A DNA stretch of 64,000 nt from contig LCBT01000001.1 of the NCBI GenBank assembly GCA_000997385.1, positions 49,707-113,706 on the forward strand. Direction: 5' to 3'. The translations under genes were made by a program, and so were the position numbers. This document shows positions 8,236 to 17,786 of the stretch, in pieces. This stretch comes from Candidatus Daviesbacteria bacterium GW2011_GWA1_41_61. GTDB lineage: Bacteria > Patescibacteriota > Microgenomatia > Daviesbacterales > UBA10151. The notes under the pieces are model-generated. The model searched no databases. It worked only from the letters and a program-made list of their open reading frames with translations, and was not told the origin of the DNA. Numbering within the stretch: position 1 is the stretch's first letter; the number at the start of each line of letters is the position of its first letter.

Positions 8236-8328
8236 GGAGCTTGATACTCGCTGGTGCTCGTATTAGGCGAGGAGCTAAATTCTTGAATGAATCCTGGCAG
8301 TCTGGCTAAGATCACGTCAGGAGCTCCA
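8236..8328 (+). ncRNA. Candidate structured small RNA
   Basis: Terminal GGAGCT/AGCTCC stem enclosing up to three hairpins; preceded by TGGTAAAAT (8223-8231), the same extended -10 as tRNA-Asp and tRNA-Thr. Confidence 0.45.
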
Positions 8329-8332
8329 AATC

Positions 8333-9448
8333 TCACTTTAAATACTTGTCAAAAAATTCTACAGATCTTTGCATAGCTGTATTAAAATCAGCTCCAGATA
8401 AATTATGATCTCCTCCTGGATAGGTGTAATACTCATAAGTTTTACCTTGTTTTTCTAACTCCTGACTTAAACTTTGAGAAAATTCCCAGGGAACCTCATC
8501 ATCGGCTAAGCCATGATGAATCTGAACCGGACCGGAAATATCTGAAAGGTAGTTTAATGGAGAAATTGAATCCCAAAATTGAGGATTCTGTTCTGGCAAC
8601 CCATATGTATCTATAAACCTTTGTCTGTTAGGCCTCATCACACTCTCCTCTCTTTGTGAAGGTCTCCAGGAGGTAGAATGCCTCCAATTATTCATCATAT
8701 CCTGGTAAGACCCTACTACTCCTCCCCAAATAACAGCTGCCTTAATATCAGAAGAAACTACTAAACTTCTTAAAGTAATATTGCCTCCTAAAGAATGTCC
8801 CCACATACCTATCTTTAGGGGATTTACTCCTGGGTATCTTTTTATAGAAGATAGGGCATTTAAAACATCAGTGGTATAAGCTGGAGAATAATATGCTCCC
8901 TCCGGTTCTCCTTGAGAGTTACCATTTCCCCGATAATCAGGTTTAAAAACAAGATAGCCATTTCTGGCAAAACCATCGACATAAGCGACATACCTTTCTG
9001 TTGTCCTATATTGCTCAGGTGGAATATAACCGTGGTTGAAGATAATTACCGGCCAGCCATTTTCCGGTTTTTGACCGCTTGGAACCGTCAACAATCCATA
9101 AATAATTAAGCCCTCAGATAGATAAGAAGCAATATAACGCTGGTAATTACTACCCGGATCCAGTTGCTCTTCAATCTTTAAATTACTGCCGGGATACTCT
9201 TTCTCCTTCATCTGCTCAATCATCAAAGGATGAACCTGCTTTTGATCTTCATTAGTTGGGGTATTTATAAAAGGTGTTCTCTCCGGTTTATTTAATAAAG
9301 TACTATTTTTAAAGATAGTTAAAGCTATAATTATTAAAATGAGTACAAAAATACCACTAAAGATAAAATTTTTACTCACTATTTTTAACAACTTTATAAA
9401 CCACCCCTGCTTTATCATCAGAGATATAAAGACTCCCTTCCTTATCAA
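8333..9448 (-). CDS. Alpha/beta hydrolase, peptidase S9-like (true start probably ~9379)
   Basis: NHGY, DYRG, GHSLGG nucleophile elbow, HGLADDEVP and GDH triad residues. Confidence 0.9.
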   Translation of the reverse strand: MIRKGVFISLMIKQGWFIKLLKIVSKNFIFSGIFVLILIIIALTIFKNSTLLNKPERTPFINTPTNEDQKQVHPLMIEQMKEKEYPGSNLKIEEQLDPGSNYQRYIASYLSEGLIIYGLLTVPSGQKPENGWPVIIFNHGYIPPEQYRTTERYVAYVDGFARNGYLVFKPDYRGNGNSQGEPEGAYYSPAYTTDVLNALSSIKRYPGVNPLKIGMWGHSLGGNITLRSLVVSSDIKAAVIWGGVVGSYQDMMNNWRHSTSWRPSQREESVMRPNRQRFIDTYGLPEQNPQFWDSISPLNYLSDISGPVQIHHGLADDEVPWEFSQSLSQELEKQGKTYEYYTYPGGDHNLSGADFNTAMQRSVEFFDKYLK

Positions 9449-10559
9449 ATTCTAAATCAACCGGCCTGCCCAAAGTTTGACTTCCTTGCAAAAATCCGCT
9501 GAGAAAATTTTCTTCCGAGATAATTTTATCACCTTCCGCCTCCATCCTGACTACTTTATAACCTACAGGGATAGAGCTATTCCAGGAACCATGGTAAGCT
9601 ACCAGCAGATCTCCCTGCCAATCAGCAGGAAACTGGGGAGAATTAATAAATACCAGGCCCAAGGGAGCAGAGTGAGCGCCTATTTCATAAACAGGAGGCT
9701 CAGTTGTTCCACAAGGAGGTTGAGGAATAATCTGAATATAAACCCTTTTATCAAAACCTGTATCATGGACTCTGTTGCCATAGCATAAAGGCCAGCCATA
9801 ATCCTGGCCCTCCTTGATAATATTAATCTCATCAGGAGGCTTATTATCCCCTAAAAAATCCCTTCCCATCTCTGTCCCCCAAAGCTTCCCTGTTTGAGGA
9901 TGAACTTTGATAAAAACAGCATTCCTCAGCCCCGTGGCAAAAACTTTTGGAGTATTCCCCTCCATATCAGAGATTAACACTGCTGCCAGCCTTTCATCAC
10001 TTTCAAAACAAACATTACAGGTTGAACCTATGGAAACAAATAATCTTCCTTGACTGTCAAAATCCAAACTTCTGGTATAATGCCCGTCTCCTGAAGGTAA
10101 GGAAAAAAGAACTTTATCTAAGCTGGCCTCTAGACGCTCCTCATCCCAGCTAAAACGGCTGACTTGAGTTTCTTCAGCCACAAACAGCTGATTGTTAAAA
10201 AAAGCCAACCCATGGGGCTTATCAAGACCTGATAAGACTTCTTTTGTCTCATCCGCCTGACCGTTTTGATCATTGTCAGGCAAAGCTACCACCCTCCCCC
10301 GATCATTAATTGATAAAAGCATGGTACCTCCAGGAGAAAGTTGTAAATCCCTGGCTTTAGCTAAATTTTTGGCAAAAAGACCAATTTTAAACCCTGAGGT
10401 TAAATTTAAAGAAAAATTTATAGCTTCTCCTGCCCTTTTTGATTCCACTTTAGGAGGCAGCACTGCTGGACCAACATTGCCTACTTTTTGAAAAAATCCC
10501 CAACTTATAAACAATCCAGCTGAAATGACCAGTAAAACAATTAATAAAAAATTTCTCAT
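9372..10559 (-). CDS. PQQ-dependent sugar/sorbosone dehydrogenase-family beta-propeller
   Basis: PHGLAF, GSTCNVC, GLRN, PPDEIN, YGWP, HSAPLG, HGSWN, GRPVD motifs. Confidence 0.9.
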   Translation of the reverse strand: MRNFLLIVLLVISAGLFISWGFFQKVGNVGPAVLPPKVESKRAGEAINFSLNLTSGFKIGLFAKNLAKARDLQLSPGGTMLLSINDRGRVVALPDNDQNGQADETKEVLSGLDKPHGLAFFNNQLFVAEETQVSRFSWDEERLEASLDKVLFSLPSGDGHYTRSLDFDSQGRLFVSIGSTCNVCFESDERLAAVLISDMEGNTPKVFATGLRNAVFIKVHPQTGKLWGTEMGRDFLGDNKPPDEINIIKEGQDYGWPLCYGNRVHDTGFDKRVYIQIIPQPPCGTTEPPVYEIGAHSAPLGLVFINSPQFPADWQGDLLVAYHGSWNSSIPVGYKVVRMEAEGDKIISEENFLSGFLQGSQTLGRPVDLEFDKEGSLYISDDKAGVVYKVVKNSE

Positions 10560-10643
10560 TTATCTTATTTTAACCTACTGGATCAAGAAAACTTTAAAGA
10601 TAGGTAAGGACCTGGTAAGTTAAGAGTGGTAAAATACACCTGT

Positions 10644-10715
10644 GCCAGTGTAGCTTAGAGGAAAAGCGCGACTTTCGTAAAGTCGAAACCGTGGGTTCGA
10701 GTCCCACCACTGGCT
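10644..10715 (+). tRNA. tRNA-Thr(CGT)
   Basis: GCCAGTG...CACTGGC-T; anticodon arm CGACT-TTCGTAA-AGTCG; upstream TGGTAAAAT at 10627-10635. Confidence 0.96.
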
Positions 10716-10767
10716 CAGATTTTAGGGACTTGAGTAAATAAAAATTTGTTTTAATATTAATTAAGAT

Positions 10768-11499
10768 ATGAAAAGGCAGTCACCCCATTATCGATCATTT
10801 TCATCCCGCCGAGCCAACAAGGGAGGTAAAAGTAAATTAGTTTTTACCCTGATTATTATTGCTATAGTAGCTTATTTTTCCCTAACTTGGTTGATTCCTA
10901 ATCTGATTGGGGGACTCTCCTTTATCAACCGCTCTAACACCCCTCAACAAGCTAGTAAGAAGGAGGCTTTTATCTCCCCTCCTGTTTTAAATATTCCTTT
11001 TGAAGCTACCAATTCTGCCGCCATCAAGATTAAGGGTTACTCTATCCCGGAGGCAATTATTGAGATTTATATTGATGATGAGGTTCAATCAACCATTAAA
11101 GCTGCCTCTGATGGCAACTTTATCTCGGAAGAGGTAGAGTTGAATTTTGGCACTAATAATATTTATGGCAAAACAGTAGATCAGGAAGGTAATAAAAGTT
11201 TACCTTCTAAAACCATTCAGATTATTTATAGTAATGAAAAACCACTGCTGGAGATTACTCAGCCGGAAGATAACAAAATTATGACCGGCGGAGATAAAAA
11301 GGTCACTGTTTCTGGAACTACCAATACCGATAAAGATGTGACCATTGTTATTAATGACACCAGGGTAATTGTGGATTCAGCCGGAAAATTTTCTAAAGTT
11401 ATTAACCTTAATGAAGGGGACAATCAGATAGTCATCGTGGCTACTGACACTTCAGGAAATTCCACTCAACTGACCAGGCAAGTCACCTACCAGCCCTAA
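10768..11499 (+). CDS. Membrane-anchored protein with two Ig-like domains
   Basis: One TM, then two beta-rich repeats ending LNFGTNNIYG..DQEGN and LNEGDNQIVIVATDTSGN. Confidence 0.8.
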   Translation: MKRQSPHYRSFSSRRANKGGKSKLVFTLIIIAIVAYFSLTWLIPNLIGGLSFINRSNTPQQASKKEAFISPPVLNIPFEATNSAAIKIKGYSIPEAIIEIYIDDEVQSTIKAASDGNFISEEVELNFGTNNIYGKTVDQEGNKSLPSKTIQIIYSNEKPLLEITQPEDNKIMTGGDKKVTVSGTTNTDKDVTIVINDTRVIVDSAGKFSKVINLNEGDNQIVIVATDTSGNSTQLTRQVTYQP

Positions 11500-11500
11500 A

Positions 11501-11626
11501 GTGGGCTGTAGGGGACCAAAACTGAACCACCTCTGCCAAGACATGATACAACAATTCATGGCTTTAGAAAAGTTGGGAATATTTGACGCTGAGAGTGGTA
11601 GTCCTACTGCTTTTTCTTATGCCTAG
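11501..11626 (+). repeat. Repeat A copy 4: tail VGCRGPKLNHLCQDMIQQFMALEKLGIFDAESGSPTAFSYA*
   Basis: Starts at the att core; same G..G...HL....I.Q[FY]..L register as the tRNA-Asp tails. Confidence 0.75.
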
Positions 11627-11710
11627 TTAACAATTCAAAAAGTAAAATTAATCGTGAACCCTGGTCTCTGGCTTCTTCATCAGTGAAATCAATATCATAG
11701 ACTTTGATGG
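11604..11710 (-). pseudogene. 3' remnant of a small element-associated gene (...VYDIDFTDEEARDQGSRLILLFELLTRHKKKQ)
   Basis: C-terminal part of ORF 11604-11819; loosely resembles the 6286-6459 protein (LSDEE motif plus amphipathic helix). Confidence 0.4.
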
Positions 11711-11724
11711 TAGAATCTAAATAA

Positions 11725-12087
11725 ATGAGCCAAGTGATAATTGGTAAAGTATCAAGGCAACAAAAAGATCTCAAAGGCTGGTTAGTGGGCCAGTTCTTGC
11801 CTGAAGACACTCCTTTCAAAGATAATAATGTAGAAATTTATTACAAAACTTTTCCAGCTGGAGATAAAAGCGATAAATTACATAAGCATCCCCAAGGTAA
11901 GGAATATTTAATAGTCATCTCTGGCAAAGCTACGATGAGAATTGGGAACAAGATAGTAGAGCTTCAAGCAGGAGATTATGTGGCAATTCCCAATAATACT
12001 CCTTATTGTTTAGTGGAAGTCATCGAGGATCTCTCAATAATTGGAATTCGTTATCCCAGCATACCTAATAATAAGATACTTCCCTAA
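11725..12087 (+). CDS. Cupin-domain protein
   Basis: HKHPQGKEYLIVISG and AGDYVAIPNNTP cupin motifs. Confidence 0.85.
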   Translation: MSQVIIGKVSRQQKDLKGWLVGQFLPEDTPFKDNNVEIYYKTFPAGDKSDKLHKHPQGKEYLIVISGKATMRIGNKIVELQAGDYVAIPNNTPYCLVEVIEDLSIIGIRYPSIPNNKILP

Positions 12088-12143
12088 ATATATTCGCTTG
12101 AGGCAAAATATTTTAAGTTAGGAGTAATGTTACAATTTAACCC

Positions 12144-12782
12144 ATGGGTAAACTAGAAAAAATAACCGTTGTTTTATTAAGCTGGAAACGACTTAAAAAT
12201 ATTCCAATAATACTAGATAGCCTTTACCGATCAAAAGATGTGGATGAAATTATTTTATGGAACAATAATACAACTGTCCAATTTTCTTATAAAAATAAGA
12301 AATTATTACTATTTAATTCTCCTAGTAATTTTGGGACCTCAGCAAGATGGTGTGTAGCTTTACTGGCTAAAAATCCCAATATATTGTTTATAGATGATGA
12401 TTTAGTCCTTACACCCTCACAAATCAATATACTACTAAAAAAATATTTATCAGATAATAAAAGAATATATGGTTGTTTTGGAAAAAATTTAGAGGATAAC
12501 AAATATGTTTTTAAGACAGCAAATGGTGAAGTAGACATCGTATTGGGTCGCGTAATGCTATTCAATAAACGATACTTATATCAGTTTTTCCAATGGTCTC
12601 AAGGAAAAGTTGGTAATGTGGAGGATGATATTTTGTTTTCTTTAATATTTAGAAAAAAGCATTATGTTGTGGATGTTGGGGAAATTAAGGAGCTACCAAG
12701 TCCCTATGCTTTATGGAGAAAAAAAGGTCATGGTCGTTTGCGCCAAGAAATGGTAGATTATTGTCTAAAATATATTACTTAA
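12144..12782 (+). CDS. GT-A fold glycosyltransferase (GT2/GT64-like)
   Basis: VVLLSWKR, EIILWNNN, FIDDD (DxD) and EDDI motifs. Confidence 0.75.
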   Translation: MGKLEKITVVLLSWKRLKNIPIILDSLYRSKDVDEIILWNNNTTVQFSYKNKKLLLFNSPSNFGTSARWCVALLAKNPNILFIDDDLVLTPSQINILLKKYLSDNKRIYGCFGKNLEDNKYVFKTANGEVDIVLGRVMLFNKRYLYQFFQWSQGKVGNVEDDILFSLIFRKKHYVVDVGEIKELPSPYALWRKKGHGRLRQEMVDYCLKYIT

Positions 12783-12794
12783 GCCAAAATCCAT

Positions 12795-13376
12795 ATGACT
12801 ATTATCAGGAAATTAATAGCAATCGTTATAAATTTAGCTGTTGTAATATTTGTTTTGATAATTTTTTCCCTTTATAAATTAGTCTCATTTTTTTATACAG
12901 ATAAAAACAAGTGTTTTGAATATTTTTCTCAAACTTTAAGCATCATTCCATTTGATTTTGGTGTTCATACCCGAAGGTATTTTTATAGAAGAGCATTAAA
13001 GCATTGCGGCAAAAAATTTACTACAATGTTTGGAGTTGTATTAACGAAGCAGGAAAGCATTGTTGGCGATAATGTCTATATAAATAAATTCACTATTTTA
13101 GGAGACGTGAAGATTGGGAATAATACTATAATTTCTCAACACTGCTCTTTGTTGAGTGGGGGTAAACAGCATGTTAACCAGAGAACTTCTGAATATATAA
13201 AATTAACAATAGGAAATGATGTCTGGATAGGTGCAAATTCAGTAATCATGGCAAACATAGGAGACAATGCTATTATTGGAGCTGGATCAGTTGTAACAAA
13301 AAAAGTTGACCACCATGTAACAATAGCGGGAAATCCTGCCACAATAATAAAACATGAAGGTATTATTAGCAGTTGA
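12795..13376 (+). CDS. Hexapeptide-repeat (LbH) O-acetyltransferase
   Basis: IGNDVWIGANSVI..IGDNAIIGAGSVVTK..AGNPA. Confidence 0.9.
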   Translation: MTIIRKLIAIVINLAVVIFVLIIFSLYKLVSFFYTDKNKCFEYFSQTLSIIPFDFGVHTRRYFYRRALKHCGKKFTTMFGVVLTKQESIVGDNVYINKFTILGDVKIGNNTIISQHCSLLSGGKQHVNQRTSEYIKLTIGNDVWIGANSVIMANIGDNAIIGAGSVVTKKVDHHVTIAGNPATIIKHEGIISS

Positions 13377-14460
13377 TGAATATCCTCCGTACATTTGGGG
13401 AGGAATGGGTAAATCCGTCCGTTTACTAGCGGAATCGCTCTTCTCTCTTAAGGTTGAAATAATTGTACTTACTGTTAACAGGCAGAGTGATAGTGTTATC
13501 CAAGACAGATACCATAATATAAATGTTTTTCGGGTACCTACAAAAAAAGAGAAAGTATTTTTAAAAACATTCTTAGCTAGGGAAAACCCCGATATAATTC
13601 ATATAAATGGTCGACATTATGGCAAACTTGCAAAGTTCTTTCATCAAAATAATATTAGGATTATTTATACCTCACGCTCAAATTTCTTGGAAGAAGTAAG
13701 AACAGGTTCTCTTAGATTTAATAAAAGAAAGCTGCAATATCAAGAGTTACTTCTGCGGTTAGCCAATTATGTTGTTACCACTAGCAAAAACGAAAGCGAA
13801 AGTTTGATGAGTGATTATCCTTGGATACAGAACAAACTTGTTATTATTCCTAATGGTATTGACCTCAAAGAGGATAAGCCTCTAGAGTTGGATGACAAAT
13901 TAAAGTTCTTGAGATCAAAAATGGTATTTTTTGCTGGTAGATTTGTTAAACAGAAAGGAATTGATACATTATTATCTTTAATCCCCCAAATTTTTAAAGA
14001 AAATGAAGAAGTTTCTATTGTTGTCGCTGGAGGACACGGAAAGATAAGCTATGAAAATGAACTATTAAAATTAGTTAATGAATACCCAAAATTAAAGTAT
14101 AAAGGTTGGCTAAATGAAAAGCAGCTTCAAAAATACTACAAACAGGCTAGTATTGTTCTTATGCTCAGCAGTTATGAGCCATTTGGGCTTGTCATTACCG
14201 AAGCTATGGTTAAAGGTTGTGTGGTAATTGCGCATCCTGCTAGTGGCCCTAGAGAAATAATAAGATCTGGATTAAATGGTTTTTTAGTTAATAGGACTGA
14301 ACGACCTCAAATTTTGCATCTAATTCATGATATTCTGGAAAATCAACTTCAAACAAATAAAATTAGAACACAAGCATGGAAAACTATTATGAATCAATAT
14401 ACAATTGATAAAATGGTTAAATTATATTTAAAACTGTATAAACAATGCCATGAAAATTAA
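13354..14460 (+). CDS. Glycosyltransferase family 4
   Basis: YPPYIWGG, IPNGID, GRFVKQKG, EPFGLVITEAM. Confidence 0.9.
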   Translation: MKVLLAVDEYPPYIWGGMGKSVRLLAESLFSLKVEIIVLTVNRQSDSVIQDRYHNINVFRVPTKKEKVFLKTFLARENPDIIHINGRHYGKLAKFFHQNNIRIIYTSRSNFLEEVRTGSLRFNKRKLQYQELLLRLANYVVTTSKNESESLMSDYPWIQNKLVIIPNGIDLKEDKPLELDDKLKFLRSKMVFFAGRFVKQKGIDTLLSLIPQIFKENEEVSIVVAGGHGKISYENELLKLVNEYPKLKYKGWLNEKQLQKYYKQASIVLMLSSYEPFGLVITEAMVKGCVVIAHPASGPREIIRSGLNGFLVNRTERPQILHLIHDILENQLQTNKIRTQAWKTIMNQYTIDKMVKLYLKLYKQCHEN

Positions 14461-14878
14461 AAAAGAATTATCAGCAGGAGGAGTCTTATTTAAAGAAGTA
14501 GATGGGGAATATTATGTAGCGGTAATACACAGATCTAAGCAAAATGACTGGACTCTTCCTAAAGGTCATGTTGAGCCTGGCGAAAGTTTGGAAGATACGG
14601 CATTAAGAGAAGTTGAGGAAGAAACTAATAATAAAGCGGTTGTGTTAAAAAAGATTGGCAGTTTTTCTTATTCTGTAGAAGACAAAGAAAAAGACATTAC
14701 ATATAAAAGGACTGTGCACTGGTTTTTAATGAAATCTAAGGGGGACAACTCTCATAAGCTTAATTTTGAGACTGATCAAGTCAGATGGTTAAAAGTTGAC
14801 GAAGATTTTAGTTTCATGAATTATGCGAACGATAAATCGATTTTAGGTCAGGGGATAAAATTAATCAATAATTTGTGA
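14450..14878 (+). CDS. Nudix hydrolase (Ap4A hydrolase-like)
   Basis: SAGGV, WTLPKGHVEPGESLEDTALREVEEET. Confidence 0.9.
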   Translation: MKIKKELSAGGVLFKEVDGEYYVAVIHRSKQNDWTLPKGHVEPGESLEDTALREVEEETNNKAVVLKKIGSFSYSVEDKEKDITYKRTVHWFLMKSKGDNSHKLNFETDQVRWLKVDEDFSFMNYANDKSILGQGIKLINNL

Positions 14879-15751
14879 ACTCCGTTCCCAAGAGTAATTA
14901 GTTTTAGGCAGTAGATTAAATATAGTTCGAATAGTAGTATATGCAATACGGTAAATTAAAAAACAGATAAGATTGCCTATTGGAAGGCGTAAAATCTTCC
15001 CATAATCTAATATCCGCTTGTGTTGAATGTTATAGCTTTCATATATCTCCTTTCTAAAATATTTTTTAATTTGGTTTCTACCGTAATTAATTCTGAAAAA
15101 GCGATTGATATAGTCCCTTATTTCATGGACTCCCCTATAATAGACAAAAGCTTTCCTAATTAATTTAGAATTATTCATGAAATAAATTTGCAAAAATTGG
15201 TCATCGTTTATTAAATCATTTGGCAGCATGGGTAAAAACTTAGTTTTTACACAAAAACACATTCCCGTAAAGAAGGGGTCATTTCCGTTATATAAGTTTG
15301 AACAATATTGTATGTTAAAAATTTTCCATAATAATTTATTGAAAGGGTTAAGATGTGTTTCATTTATCAAACTTCTTGAAGGAAAAGTTATGTAGGTATT
15401 TTTACTTTGTATTTGCTCTATTAATAGCGATAGACTCATACTATCAATTAATACATCGTCATCAATAATTATTAATAACTCTGTCTGTGTTTGGAGATGT
15501 ATTTCATTAATTGCTCGCGATTTACCCTTTGCAAAATTTGGGGTATAAATAACTTTTATGTTTGGATTATTTCGGTAGAGCTTTTCGATTTTCCTATTGG
15601 GTTTCCCATTTAAACAAATAAGAATACGTAACTGTTGAATCCCGAGTAAATCTACACTCTTGATAATTGACTGTACAGTTAAGTTCAAAATTTCAAGGGA
15701 ACTATTATATGAAGGAATACCAAAGGTTATATTATTTTTCTTTTTATCCAT
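14861..15751 (-). CDS. Glycosyltransferase family 2
   Basis: GIPSYN, GKSRAIN, IDDD, NDDQF. Confidence 0.8.
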   Translation of the reverse strand: MDKKKNNITFGIPSYNSSLEILNLTVQSIIKSVDLLGIQQLRILICLNGKPNRKIEKLYRNNPNIKVIYTPNFAKGKSRAINEIHLQTQTELLIIIDDDVLIDSMSLSLLIEQIQSKNTYITFPSRSLINETHLNPFNKLLWKIFNIQYCSNLYNGNDPFFTGMCFCVKTKFLPMLPNDLINDDQFLQIYFMNNSKLIRKAFVYYRGVHEIRDYINRFFRINYGRNQIKKYFRKEIYESYNIQHKRILDYGKILRLPIGNLICFLIYRIAYTTIRTIFNLLPKTNYSWERSSQIID

Positions 15752-16641
15752 TTCTTTATTTCCTCTATGGAACCATTTAATTCATAACCTTCAATATCTT
15801 GTGTGTCGATTAATTTTGCTATTTTCCTAAGTCGTTTGTTAGATAAAGTCTTATTATCAAAGCTAGGAGTAGCAAATTCTAGATTTATAATTGGGTTTAG
15901 ACAACTTCTGATTGTTTGAGTTATGTTGTTATATAGTTGTAGTTTAATATCAAAATTATTCAATTTAACTGTATAAAAAGGAATATTATTTAATTGTATC
16001 AAGCATAAATATTTAAGTTTTGCTTTTTTGGGTCTTCTTGTTTCTGGAAAATAGTATAATTTGTTAGTGGATGAACTTACCATAAACTTACCTTTCTCTG
16101 AAGTTGAAAACATTTCAGATTCGGCTATATTTTTTCTAAGAGATATCGCTTTGTTTCCTCCTAAGAATATACCACCTTCCGAATTTAATAACAGTCTTTC
16201 ATCAGAAAAATAACTTAAGGTATTATCTTTTGTTAATATTGAGGTTAGTGTTGACTTACCTGCCCTCTGTCCTCCTAGTAAGATTAAACCATTTTCAAAA
16301 TTACTAATAGCTGCACCAGAAATTGAATATATATCATTTTGCTCATAAAACATTTCAAGAATGGGTATTAGTAAAAAGATAATCTGGCTGTATTTAATAA
16401 CATCAGGTATATTTGCGTATATTTCTAAAGACCTCTCATCCATCGTGATTTGATTCTCACGACTAGATTTATGAATTATTTTAAAATCTGCTTGAAATGA
16501 GGTTCCAGGCAATATTTCGGCATCTGCAATATGTGCATGTAAGAAAGGGTCTTTTTGAATATAATCATACAAACCCTTAGAATCAGTTTGTAAACTAATT
16601 AAGACATTATGAGTACGAATTGTGCATTTATAGACATTCAT
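15727..16641 (-). CDS. HPr-kinase-related P-loop kinase (likely start MNVYK at 16641)
   Basis: SGAAI..GLILLGGQRAGKST (Walker A) followed by YFSDE, matching the HprK C-terminal pattern; ATG overlaps the end of the upstream GT4. Confidence 0.7.
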   Translation of the reverse strand: MNVYKCTIRTHNVLISLQTDSKGLYDYIQKDPFLHAHIADAEILPGTSFQADFKIIHKSSRENQITMDERSLEIYANIPDVIKYSQIIFLLIPILEMFYEQNDIYSISGAAISNFENGLILLGGQRAGKSTLTSILTKDNTLSYFSDERLLLNSEGGIFLGGNKAISLRKNIAESEMFSTSEKGKFMVSSSTNKLYYFPETRRPKKAKLKYLCLIQLNNIPFYTVKLNNFDIKLQLYNNITQTIRSCLNPIINLEFATPSFDNKTLSNKRLRKIAKLIDTQDIEGYELNGSIEEIKKWIKRKII

Positions 16642-17782
16642 ATATTTTTTCGAACTTTTTGGCAACTGCTTGCCAAGAATAATTCTCCTCAATAAATTTT
16701 CGTAGGTTATTCCCAAAATTTTTCCTTATATTTTTATTTCTAACTAAATACATTAAGTTCTGGTAGAATTTATTGTAACTATTCGCAGTTATGTAAGGTA
16801 ATAATTTACCTTTTATCAAAGTTTGGGCGACTCCTCCTTTGCTGGTTACTACAATCGGAAGAGAACACGACATCGCTTCTAATGAAACCATGGCAAAAGG
16901 TTCGTTCCATATAGAAGGTAATATAAAAATGTCTGATAATTGGTAATATTTTATTAATTCTTCCTGAGGAATTGCTCCAAGTAATACTACGGTTTTATTC
17001 TCTATATAAAGCTGTAGTTCACGTCCTAAATATTCTTTTAATGACCCATCTCCTGCAATAAAGAATTTAATTTTTTGATCCGCTGTTTGGCACTGTTTCA
17101 CTAACTTTGGTAACCATTTAACACCCTTTTCTTCTATTAGCCTTCCAGCAAATAACACCACCACATCTTCGTGACTGAGATCGTAATCTTTTCTGTATTT
17201 GTTATATAATTTTGGGTCCATTCTGAATTTATTTATATCCACGCCGGTTGACGCTATATTTATTTTTTGTTTCCCTACTCCCACCATTTTAACTATATCG
17301 TTAACTATAGTTTCTGAATCTGTTGCAAAGCCATCCAGTTTTTGTGCAACTTTTAAGAAATCAGTCATAGTTTGATTACCCTTAGATTCATGTGTTTCGC
17401 TGCCATGGCAAGTACCAATGGTTTTAAATTTACCAAAGTTTTTTGCGAATAATGCCGGTATTGGTGATACAAGCAGGTGTTGAACGTTTACAACATCTAA
17501 ATTAACGTTACGGTCAAGAGATAGCAAAGCTTTAGTGTAAACGGAAATGGTATCATTCAATTGATTTGCATCAAGAAAACAGTTTTTCCAGCTACCAAAT
17601 GGTTCTGTATCTAATTGAATCATTTTGGCATACTGTAAATGAACTAGCTTATTTGGTGTATCCGCAATTATATAAACTTCATGACCTCTCTGAGCTAGAG
17701 CCTCTCCTAATTCGCGTGTGTACAAGCAACTCCCTGCTGGCTTATCTAACCCCATATTGAAAAGTAATAAAGCTATCTTCAT
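16628..17782 (-). CDS. Glycosyltransferase family 4
   Basis: AGRLIEEKG, PSIWNEPFAMVSLEAM, YSWQAVA. Confidence 0.9.
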   Translation of the reverse strand: MKIALLLFNMGLDKPAGSCLYTRELGEALAQRGHEVYIIADTPNKLVHLQYAKMIQLDTEPFGSWKNCFLDANQLNDTISVYTKALLSLDRNVNLDVVNVQHLLVSPIPALFAKNFGKFKTIGTCHGSETHESKGNQTMTDFLKVAQKLDGFATDSETIVNDIVKMVGVGKQKINIASTGVDINKFRMDPKLYNKYRKDYDLSHEDVVVLFAGRLIEEKGVKWLPKLVKQCQTADQKIKFFIAGDGSLKEYLGRELQLYIENKTVVLLGAIPQEELIKYYQLSDIFILPSIWNEPFAMVSLEAMSCSLPIVVTSKGGVAQTLIKGKLLPYITANSYNKFYQNLMYLVRNKNIRKNFGNNLRKFIEENYSWQAVAKKFEKIYECL

Positions 17783-17786
17783 TTGT

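Noticed and set aside
8236-8328. tRNA, tmRNA or SRP RNA assignment
   Set aside because: No T-loop, no G3-U70 pair or tag ORF, and no SRP helix-8 motif.
11720-11819. N-terminal part of minus ORF 11604-11819
   Set aside because: It is antisense to the well-supported cupin gene; only the 3' part looks like a real remnant.
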